Origin: an uncultured Nitrospirota bacterium | Lineage (GTDB): Bacteria > CG2-30-53-67 | Direction of reading: 5' to 3' | DNA: 64,000 bases | NCBI GenBank assembly: GCA_947259355.1 | Contig: CAMYMF010000005.1 | Location: forward strand, 43,654 to 107,653 | In this document: positions 1 to 8,593 of the stretch, piece by piece | How positions within the stretch are numbered: position 1 is the first letter of the stretch | Layout: each line of letters starts with the position of its first letter | Notes under the pieces: model-generated | What the model was told of the DNA's origin: nothing | Seen by the model: the letters and a program-made list of their open reading frames with translations, nothing else | Databases searched by the model: none | Translations under genes and position numbers: made by a program

Positions 1-517
1 TCCGTATCATCTCCGAGAGCTGCCGGGATGAGGGCCGCTGATCACTGCCGTACATGACCGACGCCCGAACCGTGTTGTGTCCGATGAGCAGTGCAAAATT
101 GACCGACGAGCCGCGGTGGGCCAGGTGCTGGAGGTATCCTTCGACGCCGTCCCAGGGAAGCGTTAGTCCGAAGAGGTCGGCATAGATCCGAATCCGCTCC
201 TCGCGGACCTGGCCCAGAACGGGCGCGGCCGAGTAGCCGCAATTGCCGCCGATCTCGGTGGTGACCCCCTGGCGGATCTTGCTCTCCGCACGAGGGTTGA
301 CGAGCAGGTAATAATCGGAGTGCGCGTGGATATCGACAAAGCCCGGTGCCACCACCCGGCCGGTGCCATCGATTTCCAGGTGTCCCCGTCCCGGACACGC
401 GGGCCCTACGTACGCGAACCGCCCCCCCCTGACCGCGACGTCGCCCTGGAATCCGGGCGCGCCGGAGCCATCGACCACCCGGGCCGATCGCACAATCAGA
501 TCGTAGGACTTGGCCAA
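1..517 (-). CDS. N-acyl-D-amino-acid deacylase (D-aminoacylase) family amidohydrolase, N-terminal part; the gene runs off the window start
   Basis: Absent from the ORF track because it is open at the window edge. TTG start at 517 follows GGAGG. My translation is MAKSYDLIVRSARVVDGSGAPGFQGDVAVRGGRFAYVG...IDGTGRVVAPGFVDIHAHSDYYLL, with the HxH metal motif and N-terminal pattern of D-aminoacylases. Confidence 0.6.
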   Translation of the reverse strand, partial: MAKSYDLIVRSARVVDGSGAPGFQGDVAVRGGRFAYVGPACPGRGHLEIDGTGRVVAPGFVDIHAHSDYYLLVNPRAESKIRQGVTTEIGGNCGYSAAPVLGQVREERIRIYADLFGLTLPWDGVEGYLQHLAHRGSSVNFALLIGHNTVRASVMYGSDQRPSSRQLSEMIR

Positions 518-527
518 AGAACCTCCG

Positions 528-2756
528 TCACTGATCGGCCCCGCCGCCGCGGGCAACCCCGACGCCCGACACCATCGCCGCGGAGACCTCGGAGCGCCCC
601 GTTCCTGGATAGAGCCGTCGGTAGTTCTCCAGGTTTCGTAGAACCCTTTTCACGTAACCCCGGGTCTCCCGAAAGGTAATGGACTCGATACGCTCATCCA
701 GCTCCAGATGCTTGTGACGGCGCCACCACATGTCGGCGCGGCTTTCCCCGGCATTGTAGCTGGACAGCACCCGGACCAGATCCCCGTCGGAGCGCTGCAT
801 CAGCTTCTTGAGGTACCAGACACCGAAGGCGATGTTCGTCTTTGGATTGAAAAGCATCTCCGGCGTAAAATCGGGCACACCCATTTGCCGGGCAATACGC
901 TGTCCCGTGGGTGGGATGATCTGCATGAGGCCGCGGGCATCGGCAAAGGAGACCACGTCATCCTGGAAGAGACTCTCCTGGCGCATCACGGCCAAAACCA
1001 GATAGGGATCGACTTCATGCCGGTGGGACTCATCCCGAACCGTATCCCAGTAAGCCAGGGGATAGAGGTAGCGGTTCAGGAATGAAGACCCTTCGCCCTT
1101 CGCATGGCCGTTGTTCAGCCCGACCCGGTACATCCAACGGACCGAATCGTAATAGCTGCGGCTCTTCTCGTAGAGCTCCCCGACATAACACTCCGCTTCG
1201 GGACGGCCGGCGGCTTCCTGGCGCAGTGCGTCTACTTCCTCCCGGGCTTCGCCGTACAAACCGATCTGAATGAGCTCCTCGGCGCGAGGAAGATGAAAGG
1301 CCATGCGCGTACCACTCGCAACGGCAATCCCCTCGGCCCCGCAGGGCGGCACGACTTCGGCCGTTTCCTCTGTGGCAGCGAGTCTCCTTCCGGCGGCCTC
1401 CAGGCGTTTGCGGGCCATCACACCGTAGAAACCCCAGCTGTGCTCCGCCGCCAGTTCCCGGAAGATCTCTTCGGCCTGCGCTGCGCGCTGGAGCCGCTCC
1501 GCCGCGCGCCCCTTCCAGTAGAGCGCGTCGGTATAGATGTCGGAGCTGCCATAGCGCTTCAGGCATTGGTCAAAGGCAGCGAGGGCCTTCCCGTAGCGCC
1601 CGGCCTGGTACTCGGCCCACCCGATGCGCCAGGCGCCCTTGGCGGCCAGCTCGTGTCCCGGGTTCAGCTTGCCGACCTTCAGATAGTGTTCCCGGGCCCG
1701 CTTCACATCCTCGGCACTCTCATGGATCCGTCCCAGAGCATAATGGGCGTGCAGACTCCAAGAACTGCGGGGATATTTCCGGACGAGACGCTTGAATTCG
1801 CGCTTGGCCGTGTCATTGCCATGGCCGTTCCAGTAATGGCTGGCGAGCCGATAGGCCGCCTCCGCGCGGATGCCATCGGACACGCCGTTACGCATCACCT
1901 GCTTATAGAGCCGCACGCCGCCCTCGGCACGGCCTTTCTTGATGAGGGCCCTGGCCTTGAGCAGGCGGGCCTCATCTGTTTTTTGTCCCCGGGGTTCGAC
2001 CTTTTCGAGGGCTTCGCAGACGTCGATCACCTGCTCGAATCGAAGCGCCCGGTTCAGGGCTTCCACCTTACGCAGAAAGAGCGACGCATCGGGGGTCTCG
2101 GGGCGCACCCCCTTCTCGGCGGCAATCCGCAGCGTCCGCTGCTCCGCTTCCTCCCCCTCGGCCGACGCGGGGTCGCCGTAGGCCAACTGCTGATATACCT
2201 CCTGCGCGGCCTGCCAACGCTCCTCCTTTTCGTGCGTCAGGCCGACCCACAACGTGAGCTCCCGCCGCAGGGCGCCCGGCAGCTCCTCGGCCAAAAGGTT
2301 TTCGGCCTCCTCCCGGGCCGCCGAGAAGAGCCCCAGAGCCACGCGCACCTTCACCCCTTCGAGACGCACACGGGGAACCAGAATACTCGCCGGATACCGC
2401 TGCAGGAAGTAGTTCACATAAGAGAGGGCCACCGCATGATCTTCGCTGGCACCGATGGCCTGAATTCTGTAATAGAGAATATAATCTCCCAAGACAGGAT
2501 AGTGCTCGTCCAGCCCATCCAGGAGCAGCCATGCCATGAGGGGGTTGCCGTTTTCCAGGGCCGCCACGCCCTCCGACAGCGTTTCGCGCAGGCGGGCCGG
2601 GTCTGCCTGCAGGGCCGGCGGCCTCGGCAGGCCGGGCGGGACCGTCCGCATCTGGGCAAGCTTCCCCGACCAGGCCGCGTTCAGAGAGGTGCCGGTGCAC
2701 AGCGTGGCCAAAGACATCATGGTAGCGGTGAGCAAAAACCGATGCATTCCTTTCAC
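528..2756 (-). CDS. soluble lytic murein transglycosylase (Slt70-like; helical repeat N-domain plus C-terminal SLT domain)
   Basis: 742-aa ORF with a signal peptide (MHRFLLTATMMSLATLCTG). The C-terminal SLT motif is AVMRQESLFQDDVVSFADARGLMQIIPPTG...YNAG. Confidence 0.85.
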   Translation of the reverse strand: MKGMHRFLLTATMMSLATLCTGTSLNAAWSGKLAQMRTVPPGLPRPPALQADPARLRETLSEGVAALENGNPLMAWLLLDGLDEHYPVLGDYILYYRIQAIGASEDHAVALSYVNYFLQRYPASILVPRVRLEGVKVRVALGLFSAAREEAENLLAEELPGALRRELTLWVGLTHEKEERWQAAQEVYQQLAYGDPASAEGEEAEQRTLRIAAEKGVRPETPDASLFLRKVEALNRALRFEQVIDVCEALEKVEPRGQKTDEARLLKARALIKKGRAEGGVRLYKQVMRNGVSDGIRAEAAYRLASHYWNGHGNDTAKREFKRLVRKYPRSSWSLHAHYALGRIHESAEDVKRAREHYLKVGKLNPGHELAAKGAWRIGWAEYQAGRYGKALAAFDQCLKRYGSSDIYTDALYWKGRAAERLQRAAQAEEIFRELAAEHSWGFYGVMARKRLEAAGRRLAATEETAEVVPPCGAEGIAVASGTRMAFHLPRAEELIQIGLYGEAREEVDALRQEAAGRPEAECYVGELYEKSRSYYDSVRWMYRVGLNNGHAKGEGSSFLNRYLYPLAYWDTVRDESHRHEVDPYLVLAVMRQESLFQDDVVSFADARGLMQIIPPTGQRIARQMGVPDFTPEMLFNPKTNIAFGVWYLKKLMQRSDGDLVRVLSSYNAGESRADMWWRRHKHLELDERIESITFRETRGYVKRVLRNLENYRRLYPGTGRSEVSAAMVSGVGVARGGGADQ

Positions 2757-3994
2757 CCGGTTTGCCGTCCTTTCTTCGCAGCGTCCGCTCCCACCGTCAG
2801 GCTCGCTGCGGCCCGGCCGCCGATGTAGACGGCCTGAAGGTCTAGAGACGTATTCATGATAACCACATCCGCGTCCGCCCCGGCGCGAAGCACGCCTTTC
2901 CGCTGCGACACGCCCAAAAGGCGAGCCGGATTGAGGGTCGCCATACGGACAGCCGCCGCGAAAGGAATGGCTGCGCGCTGAACCGCACGCCGGAGCGCCG
3001 CGGCCAGGGTCAGCAAGCTGCCGGCAAGCCGGCCCGATTCGTTGGTCGCTTTGCCGGCTTGGACGTGCACCCGCTCACCCCCCATGATGAAAGATCCATG
3101 GGGCGACCCGGCCAGCGGCACCGCATCGGAGACTAGAATCATGCCCTCGACTCCTTTGAGCCTGTAGATCATCTCGAGCGTCGCATCGTGCAGGTGGTGG
3201 CCGTCGGCGATCACTTCGACGCTGACTGCCCGATGGAGCAGCGCCGCTGCGGCACAGCCCGGCTCCCGGTGGTGAACCCCCCGCATGGCGTTAAAGAGAT
3301 GAGTCACATGGCGAACCCCCGCCCCGAAGGCCGCTTTGGCCTCTTCATAACGCGCGTCCGAATGGCCCAGGGCCGGCACAATGCCCTGTGCCAGCAACGC
3401 GACTATGCACGCGTGTGCCCCGGGAAGCTCGGGCGCAAGCGTCATGAGCCGCAGGGTTCCCTCGGCCGCGTCACACAAAGGCGCGATCAGGGATGCATCG
3501 GGGGCGACAAGGGCCGCAGCCTCAAAGGCGCCGCCCCGCGTTGGATTCAGGAAGGGGCCTTCCAGGTTCAGCCCCAGAATCTCCGGTCGCGGATCGGCAT
3601 GGCCCCCTCGGCAAGACGCAGCCAACGCAGCGAGCTTGTCCGTCAGCACCGGTACGGTATCGGGCCCGAGCGTCGGCACCAGGGACGTTGTGCCGTGCAT
3701 CCCATGAAAGCGGGCGGCTCCGTCCAGCTCTCCGGGGGCGGCGAAATCGAATCCGCCGCCCCCGTGAAGATGCAGATCAACCAACCCGGGGATCAAAATC
3801 ATGCCCCGGCAATCGATGACCTCGGCATCCGCAGGCACGGCGACGTCCGATGCCTTGCCGACGGTCTCGATCCGCGGGCCTCGAGTGACCAAGGCCCCAT
3901 CGATAATCTCGCGCTCCGCAGTGCAAATGGTGCCGTGCCGAAAGACGCGCAGCGCGCCTCCGTCCCGTTGGGCACCGCCTGATGCCGTCGACAT
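2753..3994 (-). CDS. nagA: N-acetylglucosamine-6-phosphate deacetylase
   Basis: 413-aa ORF with LIPGLVDLHLHGGGGFDF and later HLFNAM and ADGHH motifs typical of NagA. Its stop overlaps the slt start by 4 nt. Confidence 0.8.
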   Translation of the reverse strand: MSTASGGAQRDGGALRVFRHGTICTAEREIIDGALVTRGPRIETVGKASDVAVPADAEVIDCRGMILIPGLVDLHLHGGGGFDFAAPGELDGAARFHGMHGTTSLVPTLGPDTVPVLTDKLAALAASCRGGHADPRPEILGLNLEGPFLNPTRGGAFEAAALVAPDASLIAPLCDAAEGTLRLMTLAPELPGAHACIVALLAQGIVPALGHSDARYEEAKAAFGAGVRHVTHLFNAMRGVHHREPGCAAAALLHRAVSVEVIADGHHLHDATLEMIYRLKGVEGMILVSDAVPLAGSPHGSFIMGGERVHVQAGKATNESGRLAGSLLTLAAALRRAVQRAAIPFAAAVRMATLNPARLLGVSQRKGVLRAGADADVVIMNTSLDLQAVYIGGRAAASLTVGADAAKKGRQTG

Positions 3995-4109
3995 AGAAAC
4001 CTTTCATGAGGGTGGTACAATTGATAATAACTTATCACATTCGAAGGGAGAGATAAAGACTTTGTGAACCTTTTCGGAAGGATAGGCGTCCAGCCAAAAT
4101 GAAAGCGCC

Positions 4110-4601
4110 TTACGACTTGAGGTTCATAAACTGCAGCGGAATGTCGAGGTCTTTTCCTTTGAGCATGGCGATGACGGCCTGCAGATCATCGATCTTCTTG
4201 CCCGAGACGCGCAGTTGCTGGTCCTGAATCTGGGCCTGCACTTTGAGTTTGAGCCCCTTGATCAGTTTGACGATCTCACGGGCCGTGTCGGTGTCAATGC
4301 CCTCTCGGATCGAAATGCGCCGGCGAATCATTCCGTGGGAGGCCTGCTCCACGTCGGCAAACGCCAGAGCCTTGGGATCGGTCTTGCGCCGCACGAGATG
4401 CCCAATCAGTTCGTCTTCCACCGCCTTTAACTTCATTTCGTCTTCGGTAAGAATCTCGATCCGCTTCTCCTTCTTGTTCAAACTGACCGCTGTTTTGGAT
4501 TTTCGAAAGTCGTAGCGGGTGGCAATGACCTTCTTGGTAAGATTGACGGCATTGTCCACTTCCTGCAGATCGATGCGATTGACAACGTCAAATGAGGGCA
4601 T
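4110..4601 (-). CDS. yajQ: YajQ family (UPF0234) nucleotide / cyclic-di-GMP-binding protein
   Basis: 163 aa starting MPSFDVVNRIDLQEVDNAVNLTKKVIATRYDFRKS, the hallmark YajQ N-terminus, with the right length. Confidence 0.85.
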   Translation of the reverse strand: MPSFDVVNRIDLQEVDNAVNLTKKVIATRYDFRKSKTAVSLNKKEKRIEILTEDEMKLKAVEDELIGHLVRRKTDPKALAFADVEQASHGMIRRRISIREGIDTDTAREIVKLIKGLKLKVQAQIQDQQLRVSGKKIDDLQAVIAMLKGKDLDIPLQFMNLKS

Positions 4602-4639
4602 GCGGGGCTCCGTGCGGTCCCATCACAAACGGGGGCGCA

Positions 4640-5581
4640 TCACGTCGGTCGAGTGAGTTGGTCGTAGAACTCGGTGACCTGGTCCTTCTTGTCCGATTCC
4701 ATGTGCGCCATGGCCGATCGGGGGTGCTGATTCATGACGCCCGTGACCATGTAGGGTATGAAGTACCCCCAGTCGATCTTCTGCCGCCACGGCAGGATCT
4801 GGGCTTCAATGGCCTCAACGAGAGGACGGACCCTGAACTTGGGGTTCTTAAGAAACGAAACGAGAAGTTCCAGCGGACAGTTGCCGGCGCCCCGTCCGAT
4901 ACCGTAGAGAGTGCCATCGAGATAATTCACCCCGGCAATAATGGCGGCAATGGTGTTGGCAAAGGCGAGCTGCTGATTGTTGTGTCCATGAAAACCGATG
5001 GTTTTTCCAGGGAGACGCTCCAGATACTTTCGGGCGAGCAGATCAATATCTTCAGAATAGAAGGCCCCGAAGCTGTCCACGAGATAAATCACCGGCACCC
5101 GGCTCTTGGCCAGATCCTCCAGTCCTTCGTTCAGATCCCGCAGCCCCACCGTGGAGACAGCCATGAGATTGATGGTCACTTCATAGCCTTTGTCCATGCA
5201 GTGATGCGCGAGAGCAATGGCCGCGTCGATCTGGTGCACGTAGCAAGCCACCCGAACCATGTCGAGCGAACTGTCCGACTTGTCGGGAATGTCCTCGTAT
5301 TCGATCCGTCCAATGTCGGCCATGGCTGAGAGTTTGACGCGCCGCTCCTGGCCTCCGGTCACCCGTCGGATATCGTCCTCGGCACAGAACTTCCAGGGGC
5401 CGACTTCCTCTCTGGAAAAGGCGCTCTCCGAACTGAGATAGCCGATCTCCATATAATCGACGCCCGCTTTGTTCAATGCCTGGTATACCTGCGTGACGAA
5501 GGCGTCGTCAAACTGCCACTTATTCATTAGACCGCCGTCACGGACGGTACAGTCCACCACTTTGATCTCGGGCCGGTACAT
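4640..5581 (-). CDS. HMGL-like aldolase / pyruvate carboxyltransferase domain protein
   Basis: 313 aa with KVVDCTVRDGGLMNKWQF...GVDYMEIGY...GFHGHNNQQLAFANT...GIGRGAGNCPLE, a DRE-TIM metallolyase pattern. No LeuA-type regulatory domain is present. Confidence 0.7.
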   Translation of the reverse strand: MYRPEIKVVDCTVRDGGLMNKWQFDDAFVTQVYQALNKAGVDYMEIGYLSSESAFSREEVGPWKFCAEDDIRRVTGGQERRVKLSAMADIGRIEYEDIPDKSDSSLDMVRVACYVHQIDAAIALAHHCMDKGYEVTINLMAVSTVGLRDLNEGLEDLAKSRVPVIYLVDSFGAFYSEDIDLLARKYLERLPGKTIGFHGHNNQQLAFANTIAAIIAGVNYLDGTLYGIGRGAGNCPLELLVSFLKNPKFRVRPLVEAIEAQILPWRQKIDWGYFIPYMVTGVMNQHPRSAMAHMESDKKDQVTEFYDQLTRPT

Positions 5582-5708
5582 GCGTTCGCTCCTCTTCCTC
5601 TCTTCAACGCAAAATTAAAATTGCTATGATAGAACACCCGGCGCAATCGAGTCAATGACGAATCGAGAAATCCCGAGGTATTCATGCGTCCGGCCGTGGC
5701 GAGCCTCT

Positions 5709-6092
5709 TCAATCCCCGGTCCCAATGAGGGGAAGTTCCTTGTCCAGCCGAAAGATCACCAAAAACTTGGGGCCCTTCTTCGCTTCCTGTTCACTGGGAT
5801 AACTCTTGCGGCGCAGGGCATAGAGGCGTTCCGTCTCCTCTTCCTCTGCGATCTTGGTCAGGAAAAGCCGTTTGCCTTTATGGCCGGGTCCTTCCTCGAC
5901 GAAGAGGTAGGCCGCATGGGGATTGGATTGAAGATTGTGATGGGTCAGCCGATCCCGCGCGATGAAGGCAATGCTCCCGTCCTCGAGGATGTGGGGCCTG
6001 CCGTAAACGGCCGCGTCCACCCGCCCCTGGCTATCGGCTGTAGACAACACACCGAGGCCTTTGGTGTTCTCGAAATACTCTCGAAGTTCCAT
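5709..6092 (-). CDS. pyridoxamine 5'-phosphate oxidase family (FMN-binding split barrel) protein
   Basis: 127 aa containing GVLSTADSQGRVDAAVYGRPHILEDGSIAFIARDRLTHHNLQSNPHAAYLF. GGAGG lies upstream of the ATG. Confidence 0.7.
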   Translation of the reverse strand: MELREYFENTKGLGVLSTADSQGRVDAAVYGRPHILEDGSIAFIARDRLTHHNLQSNPHAAYLFVEEGPGHKGKRLFLTKIAEEEETERLYALRRKSYPSEQEAKKGPKFLVIFRLDKELPLIGTGD

Positions 6093-6340
6093 CGTATCGC
6101 TCCTCCAACTTAAGTGCTCCGGCAGTAAGTTCTCCGGCCAAATTCCCCTGAGATTGGCATGGTTTTCCCGGGCCCTTCATAGCCCCTTTACGTGGACCAG
6201 TACCCGCCATCCGCACGAGCACCTGGGCGCCATGATAATGCCAAGCCGCTGGAAGTGCAACTGCCCGGAGAGCGGGTGCAGGCCTACTGTGGCAATCGGA
6301 CGACTGCCTAGTGCATCACCGCCGCGTGCACGGCGTCAAC

Positions 6341-6369
6341 TTGACAGTCCTTGGCGCCGGGGATACACT
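6341..6369 (+). promoter_or_regulatory. candidate sigma-70 promoter for the small Cys/His protein gene
   Basis: TTGACA (6341-6346), 17-nt spacer, TACACT (6364-6369). Confidence 0.4.
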
Positions 6370-6455
6370 GCACGGGCAAAGAGAGACGAACATTTTCGCC
6401 CCCTGCCAAGCGGGCGCCCGAATGCAACCACGGAGACACGGCAAAGGAGACAAAA

Positions 6456-6659
6456 ATGGCTGAGAAGAATCCCGAAAAAACCGAAACCGTCCGCCTGGAG
6501 GATGCCCATCCGCATCACGACCAGCATCTGTGCCACATTGTCAACATTCGCAATATGAAATCTGCTGCGAAGCTGTCCAAGGATGCGCAGTACATGTGCT
6601 ATTTGTGCGGGCGGGCTGCCAAGAGCGACAAGAATCTTTGCGATCCGGTCAAATTGTAG
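6456..6659 (+). CDS. small (67 aa) Cys/His-rich hypothetical protein
   Basis: Internal ATG of the 6351..6659 ORF, preceded by AAAGGAGA. Sequence is MAEKNPEKTETVRLEDAHPHHDQHLCHIVNIRNMKSAAKLSKDAQYMCYLCGRAAKSDKNLCDPVKL. I recognise no family. Confidence 0.45.
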   Translation: MAEKNPEKTETVRLEDAHPHHDQHLCHIVNIRNMKSAAKLSKDAQYMCYLCGRAAKSDKNLCDPVKL

Positions 6660-6747
6660 ACAAGTATTTATGTCGGACAGCACGGACTTTGCGGACCGTG
6701 GCGCTGGCACAGTCGAACGGAGGCATTCTTCGCAGGGCGGGGGGGGA

Positions 6748-7185
6748 TCACTCCCGTTGTGTAGGCGGGGCTGTGCGCCCTGGCGCAACGGCGGGCATGG
6801 TGCGTTGACCCTTAACAATAGAACCATCGCGATGTGTGTAGCATGAGAATTCAAAGCGCACTTCCGCGCCCGTCTCGCCCATCTCCCCGACGATGACCCC
6901 CTCCACGTAGTAGCCGTTCTCCGTCGGGTGCACCGTTCCGTTGTCCACAACACGGGCGAAGTCCGAATTGACCGCAGCCCCAATGGCCGCGCGCCGACAG
7001 TTCTCTCCGGCCAACCATTTCTCTTTGTCCACGACACGCAAGTACCAGCTTTCCACCTGAGGCACTTCTTCCTTCAGAATGATAAAGCCGATGAGCGACA
7101 TGATGACCAGCATAAAGAGCAATTCGGGGCGAATGCCCTTTTTCGGCTCCCGCCTCGGTACCGGAGGCTGATGTCGGCTGTCCAT
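6748..7185 (-). CDS. hypothetical membrane-anchored protein (one N-terminal TM helix)
   Basis: ATG at 7185 is preceded by GAGGAGA. Contains the TM segment LLFMLVIMSLIGFIIL. No recognisable domain. Confidence 0.45.
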   Translation of the reverse strand: MDSRHQPPVPRREPKKGIRPELLFMLVIMSLIGFIILKEEVPQVESWYLRVVDKEKWLAGENCRRAAIGAAVNSDFARVVDNGTVHPTENGYYVEGVIVGEMGETGAEVRFEFSCYTHRDGSIVKGQRTMPAVAPGRTAPPTQRE

Positions 7186-7379
7186 GGCACATCTCCTCGC
7201 ATATTTGAGCTTCGGCAACCCCCCGTGCGACACTGCAAGCCACTATACCCGCCGGGATCCCAGATTGCAACAGACACCCGTTGCAGGCAGCGCCGATGGC
7301 GCCGCGCGACGGCTTTTCGCAGCTGCGTCGAGAATCGGGGGCGCCAAGCCACACACAAGACTCTTGCCGGAAATTGCCG

Positions 7380-7414
7380 AAAAAAAACGCCCCATCGGAA
7401 AACCGACGGGGCGT
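7380..7414 (-). terminator. Rho-independent terminator downstream of the 7534..8052 gene
   Basis: The minus strand reads ACGCCCCGUCGG-UUUUC-CGAUGGGGCGU followed by U8. Confidence 0.75.
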
Positions 7415-7533
7415 CTCCTCCCCGCGTTGCACCCAATGGGGAGGACCTCTATGTATAGCCGCTCCGCAACCTCGAATGGGTCGCCGGAGTCGGATGGCGC
7501 CACAGCCCCGGAGTCACGGGGAGCGCAAAGCCT

Positions 7534-8007
7534 TCATTGCTTGAAGCGGCCTCGCCTCGCCTGCACCGAGATCCCTATCAGTGCCGCACCGATCAGCACC
7601 ATTGCTGCGCACTCGAGCACCACAGCGGCTGCATCAACGCTCTGAGCAAGCTCGGTGCTGCGTGCATCATTCAGCTCGCGTGCGTCCGCTTCGCGAAGCA
7701 ACATGATGGGCCACCTCACCGCCCCACGGTCGGACTCGACCGGCTTCAATTCGGAGGATGCGTCTTTCTCTTCCTCTCCCTGTTCTTGGCCGCCGGAGAA
7801 CGCCGGGCTCAAGGCCTCCGCGTCCTCGCAGCTTGTACCGGACGATTCGGCTTCGCAGCTGTCGACCATCTCCTGCGACCGGCACCCGTCAGCCACTGGT
7901 GAGCCGCAATCCTCTGCGACCGGACCGGCAGCGAACCCCACCGCCGCTACGCAGAGCAGAATGGCAATCAACAAGAGTACTGCCTGTCGAGAGCAGAACG
8001 AGATCAT
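7534..8007 (-). CDS. hypothetical secreted/membrane protein, acidic and Cys-rich, with a C-terminal Cys + TM helix + Arg-rich tail
   Basis: ORF 7534..8052 opens with GTG and no SD. I prefer ATG 8007 (MISFCSRQAVLLLIAILLCVAAVGFAAG, signal-like). The C-terminus is VVLECAAMVLIGAALIGISVQARRGRFKQ. Confidence 0.45.
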   Translation of the reverse strand: MISFCSRQAVLLLIAILLCVAAVGFAAGPVAEDCGSPVADGCRSQEMVDSCEAESSGTSCEDAEALSPAFSGGQEQGEEEKDASSELKPVESDRGAVRWPIMLLREADARELNDARSTELAQSVDAAAVVLECAAMVLIGAALIGISVQARRGRFKQ

Positions 8008-8093
8008 ATTGTTTATCGCCTCACCGAAGTTTAGGTTGCAAGATGGCTTCACCCGAAATCAGGGCCGATACATCAGGTTTGTGGCTCCAATGA

Positions 8094-8109
8094 AGCAAAA
8101 AGGTTGCCA
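8094..8109 (-). promoter_or_regulatory. candidate sigma-54 (-24/-12) promoter
   Basis: The minus strand reads TGGCAA-CCTTT-TTGCT, against the consensus TGGCAC-N5-TTGCW. It lies about 40 nt upstream of the 8052 start and overlaps the palindrome TGCCAAtTTGGCA. Confidence 0.5.
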
Positions 8110-8367
8110 ATTTGGCACGGACCAGAAAAGGGGAGCCGTAAGCGACTGTAAAGGTTCACGTTTATCCTTCGGCGCTGTCGCTTCTGGCGGAAATGAAAGA
8201 GCAGCGAAAGCTCAGGAAAGAAACTAATTGCATATTTTGGGCAAAATTTTTCCATTATGAAGAATTTTTTTTCATACATGCCTGATAACATATTACTTAA
8301 TTGGAATAGAACGAATTATCGACGCTTATTGGTGCGTTAAGTCATCTTAATTTTTTCATGAGACCCC

Positions 8368-8396
8368 TTGACGTGGCGGGCAACGGGGGGTATATT
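8368..8396 (+). promoter_or_regulatory. strong sigma-70 promoter with an AT-rich upstream tract, driving the 6S-like RNA
   Basis: TTGACG (8368-8373), exactly 17-nt spacer, TATATT (8391-8396). About 120 nt of AT-rich sequence lies immediately upstream. Confidence 0.65.
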
Positions 8397-8402
8397 TAGT
8401 GC

Positions 8403-8593
8403 AGAAAGAGAAGATTGCCACAGCCCAGAGCGGGCTGACCCGGAGAACTGAGATTTACCATGGGAGCCGGGAATCGTTGATGTGGTGTGCAAGCCTCCAT
8501 GCACCGAGGAGGACGCCTGAAGCATCAACCAGGGCGCCCACATCGTAGAAAAGCTTTGGGCCCCCCGCTCTGGGGTATGGCAATCTTTTTTTT
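8403..8593 (+). ncRNA. ssrS: 6S RNA-like structured ncRNA
   Basis: There is no credible ORF. The 5' arm (8411-8434) pairs with the 3' arm (8563-8587) over more than 20 bp. An inner helix forms from GUUGAUG (8476-8482) and CAUCAAC (8523-8529). Large unpaired central segments and a terminal U8 complete it. Length is about 190 nt. Confidence 0.5.

Noticed and set aside
1104-2828. 574-aa plus-strand ORF
   Set aside because: It is entirely antisense to the well-supported slt gene. Its composition is Arg/Pro/Gly-rich with no motifs. This is the typical stop-free antisense frame of high-GC DNA.
8073-8291. 72-aa minus-strand ORF in the AT-rich island
   Set aside because: It overlaps the sigma-54 promoter and the AT tract. 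Its composition reflects AT-rich non-coding DNA (Phe/Lys/Ile/Asn runs) and it has no SD.
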